From Antedon mediterranea (taxonomy: Eukaryota; Animalia; Echinodermata), in NCBI RefSeq assembly GCF_964355755.1, contig NC_092674.1, positions 26,722,001 through 26,786,000 on the forward strand: a DNA stretch of 64,000 bases. Direction: 5' to 3'. Below are positions 53,244 to 64,000 of the stretch, one piece after another. Both the position numbers and the translations under genes were made by a program. The notes beneath the pieces are model-generated. The model was given only the letters and a program-made list of their open reading frames with translations. It was not told the origin of the DNA and did not search any database. How positions within the stretch are numbered: the stretch's first letter is position 1; every line of letters starts with the position of its first letter.

Positions 53244-53635
53244 AATAACATGGTTTTTAATGGGAATGGTGGTTCTTTGAAATGACGCCAATGTTTTCAT
53301 TTATAATTTGAAGAAATACTACCACAGTAATTTTGTTTTATTGTTCATACCAGGATGCAATGGACTGTAGTATATTGAACCTGGTTAGGACCAACAGTCC
53401 TTATGTAACCAGGACAACAAATACAGTAACTTGAAATGTTGCCAACAATTTAGAGGAAACAAGCTAAGTTACATAATGTGAAATAAAATTGGTTTAAGCC
53501 ATTCAAAATTGTTTAGTCCACCTTGTACATGGCCCAAATTTAGAACTGGCTTTATTGGTGTGTAAATAGGGTCTAAGAGTACTGTAGGGCCAAGTTTGTC
53601 AGGGGAAAATTAAGATTACTGTGTCTGTACAGTAA

Positions 53636-53765
53636 ACTCTGCCGACACTTTTTGTGACAAAAAATGTGATGTGCCCATATATGGACATGATGATGTCATA
53701 TCATTACCATATTTAGGCATATCACACTTTTTTGTCAAACTAGTTTGATAGTGTAGACAGAGCCT
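53636..53765. mobile_element. MITE family A copy
   Basis: Same core and right TIR. Confidence 0.75.
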
Positions 53766-54290
53766 TAGAAGAATATTGAAATGTTACAGTACAGTAGGTG
53801 TGGCTGATGAAAATAATAATTTCAGATACTCATGGCTGGCCAGAAGATCTTTCTTAAGAAAAGACCACCCCAGTACTCACTCCAGAGGGTAGGCCAATTC
53901 TCAACATAATATCTAATATTTATGCCAAATTAGAACATTTTTAGTCTGTGTGGTGTATGTGAAATGATTTACACTTACTATGTAAGCTTATTACAAAATT
54001 TTCATTTTATCACTCAAAGGGGATCTACGGTAGGATAATTTACCCAAGTCACCTTGATAAACAAAACAGAGCCTGTTTCTTACAAAGATACATTTATACG
54101 TTAATAAATCTAATGTTATAATCATGAATTATTCAAGGTTTTCACCCAAATGATAACCTGGCCAACATACGGTAAATGTATTTGCTTTTAAATCATTCAT
54201 GTGACTTCAATTACTTACGTCAAGACCGTTGGGAAGAAATCTTATTAGAAACGCAACCAACCTTTATCACCTTAAAGTGTTCAAGTCACT

Positions 54291-55389
54291 AACTATCAAC
54301 AGATATATCCATCTTGTCTTGTTTATGTATTCTGTAGTTAGAATTTACATAATTTAGTGCATATATTTGTCATCCTGTGTTACTTTTTGCCATTTGTTAA
54401 ACAAATCACATCACAACCACCTCACATTTTCACCCAGGCCTACTGTACCAGGGACAGATCCAGCATTATAGATTACAGTAGGAGAGGCTAAATATTTTAG
54501 AAATGATAAAAATGATCAGTCCGGTTGCATAAAATTAAAAATAGTCATTATTTTATTTTTAAAAACATGTTTACTTGTAGCAAAAAAACTTGGTGTACTG
54601 TGCTACAGTATGTGTAAAGAGGTGGCAATGGGCACTCTAAGTCTATTACAAGCACTTGAACCTCCACTTATTACATGTTATTAATAAAATTGTGCCATGG
54701 ATGGCCCTTACTGTATTCATCCATTTTCCTGAAACAGAATTCTGTGTTTACTTGTACTATATAGTAGGTGGTTACTGTATACTGTGCCATTGAAACTGTT
54801 AAACCATTGACTTGAATCTGCTTTATTTAATTGTTTTTTAACTATCAACAGATATATCCATCTTGTCTTGTTTATGTATTCTGTAGTTAGAATTTACATA
54901 ATTCAGTGCATATATTTGTCATCCTGTGTTACTTTTTGCCATTTGTTAAACAAATCACATCACCACCACCTCACATTTTCACCCAGGCCTACCAGGGACA
55001 GATCCAGCATTATAGATTACAGTAGGAGAGGCTAAATATTTTAGAAATGATAAAAATGATCAGTCCGGTTGCATAAAATTAAAAATAGTCATTATTTTAC
55101 TTTAAAAAACATGTTTACTTATAGCAAAAAAACTTGGTGTACTGTGCTACAGTATGTGTAAAGAGGTGGCAATGGGCACTCTAAGTCTATTACAAGCACT
55201 TGAACCTCCACTTATTACATGTTATTAATAAAATTGTGCCATGGATGGCCCTTACAGTATTCATCCATTTTCCTGAAAGGGGAATTTTGTGTTTACTTGT
55301 ACTATACAGTACTGTAGGTGGTTACTGTATACTGTGCCATTGAAACTGTTAAACCATTGACTTGAATCTGCTTTATTTAATTGTTTTTA
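54291..55389. repeat. About 550-bp recent tandem duplication (54291-54839, 54840-55389)
   Basis: Two nearly identical copies differing by a few substitutions and 5-bp indels. Confidence 0.92.
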
Positions 55390-58215
55390 AAAGATTTAAA
55401 AGTTACAAAAGATGGTTTAGCAAAGAAAGTAAAAACCTACAGTATAACTAACTAATCTAACCTTCCACAAAATCAGATTACGTTCTTTAAATCTTTTTTC
55501 AGATTAATCCACTCATAGGAAACATTTTGATAAACAACAGTATGTTGATTATTCTGTTTGTAGAATTAGACTGCTTGCTAGGATATCAAATAAAAGTTAG
55601 TTTTAAATCCAGATATATATCTTTCATTCAATCATAGAATGCCATACTTTTCCTACAATAACTTTTCTTTATATTTTAACAACTTGGCCACATTTCATTG
55701 AAACAATTTGAATCGTTTGGTACAGTACGTACTGTAAGGTAATTATTTTTCATAATCTTATTTTTTTTTATTTAAAAAAAAATAAAATTCTTTATGGAAG
55801 TGTTATTGTTTTGGTTGAATCCGGACAGTTCCATTAAATTGTGGGTAAATTTATTTAATATACCTTCAAAATACTCTATAAACCTAATTTCAACATAACC
55901 TAGAAAATCAGGCAAAGAACAATATGACATTAAAGATTACCTTATTTTGCTAATGGCACTAAATTATCTTGGTCTTAATATTAAAATTGATCGAATGTAG
56001 AAATGATTGTTTTTTGGTTGTCGTGCCCGCTAGTGAAGTAGCCAACTCTTAGTGACATGGTTTGAATAATACATGTTTAACAGTGGTGCATGGTTCGTCA
56101 TAATTTGCGTTAAACCATTCAAAACAGTTCATTGAATTGGAATTAATACAGTTGCTAGAAATTCGAAATACTTGCTTCTCTTCTCGAGACTCTTCAATTC
56201 ATCTTTTAGAAAGGATTTTTAAGTACTTTGGACTTCTTTTTTTTTCTACGCTTAATTTCAACAATTGTGTTTTAAAATCTGGATTTCTCTTTGACATCTT
56301 TAGAAAATATCTACAGTACTATCTTGTGTATATTTTTTACTTTGCAAGCATCAACCGTGTGTACATATCTTTTAAATTGACTGTTTAGTTTAAAATATTG
56401 CTTTGAACAACTGGAAAGTACTGTTTTCAATCATTTATTTATATTTTCATTGACTGATCATCGTTTTCACAGAAATTAAGTCTTAATGTACCGGTAAGTA
56501 ATGTTTAACAATTAGCAATAAGTGCTTTTGAAAGCGAGGTTTGCGTTATTGCCGTCCAATTACTCGTTAAATTATTCTGACATGTTAACATGAAAATGTC
56601 GTAGCAATGCTTTTAAGACAATTTCCAAAAGAAGCCTAAATATATTAGGTAATTGTGGTATCCTTAACAAGCACTTGAATATAATCAGTGGTGAGTGTTT
56701 TGTGAACATGCAATGCAAATAAAATATTGCTGCAATGTGATTACCCATAGCTTTTAAGAAATGAGATTGTACTGTACTGTAGTAGGAGAGTAACACATTT
56801 GAAAATGATAAAAATAAAGACAGTTTTGGGCGGTCAATGGTCAGAGAAACAGCTGTCAATAGGGCCTTTATTTGGGGTCTAACATTTTGGATTGCAAAGC
56901 GCCAGTTGCTTTAATATTTGTCACAACCAATTAACTATAAGTTTTAATAGTTGACATTCTGAAACATTCAGTATGAGTTCTAATATCTTGATTTTGACCA
57001 GGTTGCGTATTGTTTAAATGCCCACTAAATACTGTATTCACAAAAAAAATAGATTTTGCAACATGCGCTGGATTCATTTATCGATATTGTTAAATAATGA
57101 ATTACTGTATAGAGAAGGTCAAAACCTTAAGATGGTATGACATAACAAAAAAATGGTTAGTTAAGGGCTGAAGTAGTACCGTATGTTAGGACCATATTCA
57201 AATGAATCAAGTTTGTGTCACCTAAAACGGCAAGTTAATCTATGTATATTGCCTGTCTGTACATCAAGTGATTTTCATGTAAAATAGTAAAATCATAAAA
57301 TTATAGTACTGTTTAGTATCTCTCAGTATTAATATTATAGGATTTGTTTCAATATACTGTGTATACAGTAACTCCTCCCTTGGGACACCCCCCCCCCCCC
57401 CATTAAGCGAACACTTTCCTGTGTAACGAACTAGAGAAATAAATAGCGCACTTATAACAGGTCAACCCCTTTCTTTTTACTGTACTAACTGTAATGTTAT
57501 CATTTTTTATCAATTTCTCCACATTTTGAATAGTTGACCAGGTGCGTTTCTATCGTTTTATCACGTTCTCTCGATATTAAATCGTTTAAGTACTACATAT
57601 CACCACAAATCACTGCAAATCACTTTGAGCACAACTCACGCAAACATTTTTTATTTAGATCTTATCTTATATTGCAACACGAACAGCGTCACATGATTAA
57701 TAACGTGGTATTAAGTCCTCTCTTGATTTATTATGTCACCGACACATTTTTCGCCGAATCAAATTGAACGCTTTGATGAAAACAATGTTAATGGATCAAA
57801 ATTAGATATAATTGGTGTTTTGATGTGTACATCCAAAGTTGCTTACATCACAACGTAACAAATATAGTTTCCATTGTAATCCGCAAACTTAACAATGTGC
57901 GTGCGTCGATAATTGTGCCGTGCTAGTGAACCGGTGTTTTCATCCCCTGATTTACGCTACAGCTATTATTAAGTGTAATGGACAATTTGACATCGATTTT
58001 ATGAGATAAATGTGTGTTGAATTAATTAACTTTTATTTTAACAATCACATGAAGTTATTGTTAATAACATTTATTATTAATGTAATAATTGAATGAATAT
58101 ACGGTAATTTAATAATTAAAATTATTTATTATATCATAATTTGGATACTGTAGTAATATTAATTATTTAATTTATGGTAATTTGTTGTATTATTGTAGCT
58201 ACTGTACAATATCAA

Positions 58216-58355
58216 AGCTTGGTTCTGACTTGAATGCAATGTAATTACACAGGCACGATGCAAGTGAGTTGACCAATCACAAGCAACAGTTTGGATGATC
58301 CGATGTGTTGTGATTGGTCAAATTACTTGCGTTGCATTTATGTGAGAACCAAGCT
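58216..58355. mobile_element. MITE family B copy, degenerate
   Basis: agcttggttct...agaaccaagct with the gaccaatcacaag core. Confidence 0.7.
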
Positions 58356-59114
58356 ATAGTATTGCATTAAGTGAAGTAAGTACTATAGCCCTAATTGTTA
58401 CATTAGAACCCCCCCCCCCCCCTCCCTAGAACCTCCTGTACTGTAAGACACCCTCCTATTAAAAGGACAATTTCCCTTGAAACAAAGGAAGGAAAATACA
58501 GTAATGTTTAAACACTACAGTTAATCCCTATTCGCAGACACCTCTATTAAAGAAACACGGCTGTGTCCCTAAGGCGTTCCCTTATTCTACTGTTTAATTC
58601 AGTTTCTTAAATATTAATATAACATAAATAAGAGACAGAATTATAGTATACAGTAGACTTACAGTGATTAGTGAGACTTGAAACTTCATTTATTGATCCT
58701 ATGACACCTGACCCCAATCCCTCTGAAACTAATTTCATTATTAACATTATTTATTAAAGCTAACTCTCAAATTTAGGTCAGGTAAACTTCAGTTTATGTG
58801 GTGAACCAATCATTTCTTCTCTACTGAAACCTGCTTGTGAATGATTTAACTTGTTAATAAAAAATTAAATTAAATATAATTTTCTTTTGGTTGATTGTAA
58901 TGAAATCTACAATTGTAAGGGTGTGTGGCGCAGTGTGTTGGACATTGTATCAGGGAGGACCTGATTGCTCTCAATAGATTTAGAGTTGATTTGTGTACTA
59001 CGGTAGCCTTTTTGTATTTGATTCCTATAACTACAGAATTCTCTATACAGGCTTCATTCAAGGATAATTTAGGATTAGCTAATAAATCATAGCCTAGTGA
59101 GTATATAATGACAG

Positions 59115-59360
59115 GCATTGGATTACTGATCATGAGATCGTAGTTCGAATCCAACTATCGTCGCATTGCTTGTATCCTTAGGCAAGACACTTTACTTACA
59201 GTACATTCGTCACATTGCTTAAAATTATCCTCAGGCAAGACACTTTACTTACATTTGCTTCTCTCCATCCATGTGTACAGTATAAAATGGGTACCGGTTA
59301 GATCAAGACACAACTTTGCGCTGATAACTTTGCGCGGTAATAATGTGCAGCCCATTGATA
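59115..59360 (+). mobile_element. tRNA-derived SINE, 5' and central part, with an internal duplication
   Basis: B-box GTTCGAATCC, conserved-domain-like tatccttaggcaagacactttac (twice), aaatgggtaccgg, then ttagatcaagacacaactttgcgctgat, shared with the minus-strand copies. Confidence 0.7.
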
Positions 59361-59997
59361 GCTTAATTTATATATATATATATAAGAATGAATTATTAGT
59401 AAAAGAATATATGGCGTAAACGTGACACTTAATGCATTCAAGATGCAAACTAAATTTGTTTTAAAAAAATCCTTCAGATTTTCCAAAATGTTGTAATTTA
59501 ACCATTTACAGTTTAACTTTAGCAAAGAGAAATGCTAACATTTTTTCCCATATACTTTTTTTTTTTTTGTGATAGAATCGGCACACTTTAACTTTTATTT
59601 CATATGGATTAATGAAAGGATGATATCCGAAATAAGGAAAGACTAAAAGTAACTTATTAAAGACAATTTATGTTTGATGCATCTTCGTACTACATTAATG
59701 ATGTATGTTTGATGATGGTTGTGTTTAGTATGTGAGTTGCTAATATCTAGTAATTTAAATCATTTGAAATCCCCATTGGTAATCATTTTCCCCATTCACT
59801 GGTACATTAATATTCAACAAACATCAAAATAAATCACTTTAGATTATCTGTATAGCCAGTAGGAAAAACATCAATGCATGATAAAGTTGTTCTTCGTCTC
59901 AGTGTATTGAATGATAATCCAAACATATTCATATTTTCAATGACTACAGCATTACTCGGCAAAATTTGATTCATAAAACAGAAATGTACAGTAAAAC

Positions 59998-60149
59998 CAT
60001 CAAACTACTCTACTCTAGTTCGACAACAAAAAAGAAGTGTGTGCCCAAATATGGTAGTGATATGCTTAAATATGGTATTGATATCACATCATCATGTCCA
60101 TATGGGCACATTGTTTTGTCAAATAAAGTTTGATAGTGTAGACAGAGCT
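59998..60149. mobile_element. MITE family A copy
   Basis: Core and right TIR. Confidence 0.7.
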
Positions 60150-60351
60150 TATAAGGCCTATAGAGCCAACAATCTGTAAACGGATTATGCCCAACTGGCA
60201 TATCAGTGGCGTGGGAAATCCCATTCTTTAGTGTAATGTCCTATATTTTGCATTGCAAGTTTTTTACATGTACGGAATAAGACCAGAATTGTGATATTTT
60301 GTTTGAAGGTTTGCATGGCTAAATGAAATGTCGATAAAGTTTGTGGTACAC

Positions 60352-60553
60352 CAGGCCTTGTCTTTTAAGGCGAGTGAGTGCGATCACTCACCTAACACAC
60401 TCCTAAACTGCCCTTGAGGAGTGCGATTTACAACACGCCTAAATTTGGTAAACTTCTACACATCAAAATACAAACAGCACACCTACAGCACCCCTGAATG
60501 TATTGAGGAGTGCAATTTGTAGCACACCTATAATTTTTGAAAGGCAAGGCCTG
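60352..60553. mobile_element. Small TIR element (caggccttg...caaggcctg) flanked by a duplicated gtacac target
   Basis: TIRs; tggtacacca appears at both junctions. Confidence 0.6.
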
Positions 60554-61477
60554 GTACACCACTTATTATATTTCTGAAAAATTCGTTCATTATACTGTAC
60601 TTTGAGCGTCCTCATGAATACGTGGTGTACTGTACCGCAAACTTTATATCAACCAGAATTGTGATTATCTGATATTTGTGCAAAGCGGAAACGTCTGTTA
60701 CGGCTTTACCTGTACACTAATATTGTAATGTTAATTACGTTGTAAGTGGACACTTCACCCTATTGTATATATCTTAGTATATTCCTTTTAAAGTCAGTTT
60801 TAAAATCCCATAATCGTTTAATTTGTTTACCTAAGCCTCGGTATTAGTATAGTTAAAATAGCGGATTTGTGTTCCAGTAGATACCATTTGAATCTTTCAT
60901 TGTTAACTTTATTAATTGTATCTATTTTTAAATCATAATAAATGATCTTTAATACAAAGGTCAAATGTCATGGGTAATACTATAAGTCATTGATTTTGTT
61001 GTTTTATATAAAATACTGTACATAATGTAAACATCAATATCGTGTGTGTAGTTCATGGTCATACTTTTAAACTATACAACTATACTTTACTGTGTGTGTA
61101 CAGCATATTACTATTTACAACCTATTGTACAGTAAGAGTCCAGTACTGTACACACAGGTACTAACTGTACTGTATGTCTTTGGCCAGTTTACAGCTGTAG
61201 TTACATGTAAATTTTGCGTCACTTCGACTTTTAGTGTATCTTTCATATACAGTTAGTAGAGTGTCAATAGGCAAGGTAAAGATTGGTGAGTTCAGCACCA
61301 TACAATACCTGCAATAGCCCAAGAAGATTGAGATAGAAGAGATTGCAAAAAGTCTGGAGTACCAATAGAGAGTAAAGTTTACTATAGTACAGTATATGTT
61401 ATCAACAAGAACTTACGTTGATAGTGTAAATAGACAACAGAGGCTTCAATTTAGTGTTTGTCTGCAGTTTGTTTAAA

Positions 61478-61589
61478 GGTTTGTCTACACTTATCAAACT
61501 AGTTTGACAAAAAAGTGTGCCCAAATATGGTAGTGATATGACATCATCATATGGGTACATCACATTTTTTGATAGTGTAGACAGAGCTT
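61478..61589. mobile_element. MITE family A copy, internally deleted
   Basis: Same TIR and core. Confidence 0.7.
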
Positions 61590-64000
61590 GATCTATTTCT
61601 AAGAGTTTCTTTTTTCTGGGTTGATGTCAATTTGTGTTCGTTGCACTCTGCAGTGCAGTCTAGTTACTGTATTTTGTTGCTGTCAGGTTTTCTCTTGTCT
61701 AATTCTAGTCTATGATTGGATTAGGTTCAGGATGTTTCAAACTGTTGACATTTCCTTTTCTTGTTATATTTGGTTAAGCTCTGTCATAAGGTGTTTACGT
61801 ATGCTTTCCTGGTCATGGTTGACTAGGTTTTAACAGTTAGCTGTTAACAGGTTATGTAGAATATTCATAGAAATTACATGTTGTTTTTACTGTCAATGAT
61901 TTTTAGGAGAAAGGTAAGTTTATTACAGGATGCTTTTACTTTTTATTAGAATTATTTGATATACATAATTATACACTAAAAAGGACTGGATTAAATGGTT
62001 CTCTACCTCAGGCATTATAGAAAGAAAATAGATTTAGTATCCATTGCTTTTTTGGACTTAACTCTAGGACACTTGGTGGTTTGCTGTAGAGGCACTTATC
62101 AAAGTTACAGGATTTAGACCAATCTTCCACTGCGATTTTTTTCAGGTGTTTCTACTTCACAGTATATTACATATTTTTCATGTGAAAAATTTCAACTTCA
62201 CAATATAGAAATAAATGAAACACTTGCCATGTTTTAAAAAGTATATGTTTGCTGCCCTCTACAATTACATACTTAATTTTAGTACGTTTGTCGCTCCCTG
62301 CAATCACGGAAGAAAAACTATTTTCAATATAGATTAAGAATTAAATTGTTTCCAGTTTAAATATTGTACTTTTAAAATTAATTAATTTTAAAATTTGACA
62401 AGTCTTTAAAAACATCTGTTTGCTGCCGTCAACTACTAAATACTTTTTTATCACTTTAATTTCCTTCAAAATGGTTAAATAATCATGAATTGTTATAAGT
62501 TACTATTGCATTGATTTAACAAAGTGTTAGTGGTAGTAACTCTTGTATAACAAATTTAACCATGTACTGTAGCTTTTATGTAGGATTTATCTTTGCACAA
62601 TAACCTATATTTCCTTTAACAAATTACTTAAATATGATTCACTGCTTAAACCTTTATTCTAATATTCTAGAAAAGTGGAACGCAAAAAAAATCCATACTA
62701 ATTGATATGCAATACCATGCCTTGTTGATGATGAAGAAATATTAATTTACGTTTTTAGATAATCATTAACATTACAAGAGCTTTCCTTAAATCTCATATT
62801 ACTGTACTGAATATTCAGTTACCAGATACCTACATGTGTAGGAACGTTTGTCTATCTAGCAATTGGAATTGTAAATTCAATTTATTGTGACCTATGTACA
62901 TCCTATATAAGTATTACTCATATTGTGTACAATACTCGATACTTAGTTGTTGTAGACTCAGTTGGTAAATTTTCCTGCCGAAGTAACAAATTTACATATT
63001 TCTTTCAATTGCTTGTCTGCAAGGAAGTTAAATTTCCAAGTGTTGATGTCTGTTCTTGCAACGTGGTTAGTACTGCGTTTTAGGATGTATTGCGTTTTAC
63101 GATGTGTTGCTTTGTGTAATGAAGAACAGTTTTTCAATGCAGTTGTTTGTATATTTTATTGAAATGTAAGTACAGTGTTTGTTATAGTAATTATCTAACA
63201 ATACAACTAATTCAATTAGTAGCTCAAGTATTTTTAGCAACATTATTGAAAGTTTAACTGATATTATTTAAAAAAACTGTGAATAAGAGTAAGTCAAGCC
63301 ATTATATTTTATTTGTGAAAGTTGTACAACTATGTATAATATCAACACATCAAGCACAGAACATTAATTCTAAACTGATATACTGAAATTTAAGTAATTG
63401 ATTTGAAACAATAAAAATGAGGAAATCTGTGAGAATGAGAAAAAGTCGGCCCAACCAAGATTAGCTTTTCTTAGTTTTTGTTATAGAGGTTTAAACCCCA
63501 ATTATAGTTAAACAGTAGAATACCGTTTTAAAGAAATTTAATATCTGCTTACTGTAAATTTCTGTGAATTGGTGTTATAAAGCCAAAATTTATAGCACTC
63601 GTTTTAAAACCTTTTATTTTTCACCGTCTCAAACCAATTATGGTATGCATGAATTATTATTTAGCGTACATATTAATAACAATAAAACACATTAAAGTGT
63701 CGTGTTACTGCAACACATTAAATAGCATAAACCATGAAGCAACTTTTCACGCCGTACATAAACAACGCATTTTATTGTTTAGCAGATGTTGTTTTCTTTT
63801 TGTGATTTTTGTTTTTCCCCGAAGAATTATTATTGTTATTTAAGATTTATCTTGCGTATCAGATTCTGATCTTTCGTCGATATCAATTTTTCCATAATTG
63901 CCTTTGTGTTTGACGTTATGGTATTGGCAAGGATGATACGTAATGATTCGTATTTGATATTTTGATACGATAAGACTCAATGGTGTTACTTGCCTTATTT

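Noticed and set aside
47200-64000. Short ORFs of 60-95 aa in the distal region
   Set aside because: Low-complexity AT-rich translations or MITE overlaps with no recognisable domain.

Overview
AT-rich, intron-rich animal genomic DNA, probably a marine invertebrate (inferred from repeat types and gene content; the species cannot be identified from the sequence). Positions 1-47.2 kb hold six spliced genes: HMMR/RHAMM (+), PGK (-), acid ceramidase ASAH1 (+), SLX4 (+), acylglycerol kinase AGK (+) and a GH31 gene that closely resembles bacterial sulfoquinovosidase YihQ (+). Positions 47.2-64 kb have no recognisable CDS and contain MITEs, SINE fragments and a 550-bp tandem duplication. The most interesting feature is the YihQ-like gene. 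It keeps the catalytic and sulfonate-binding motifs, and it has a signal peptide, N-glycosylation sequons, a C-terminal HEEL ER-retrieval-like signal, only three introns and two tandemly duplicated candidate first exons. HMMR carries a 38 x 14-aa coding tandem repeat in one frame-symmetric exon plus a duplicated exon pair. SLX4 carries a coding minisatellite of TPDK CDK-consensus sites. Homology calls come from manual translation and recalled motifs, not from database searches; CDS coordinates run start to stop and include introns.
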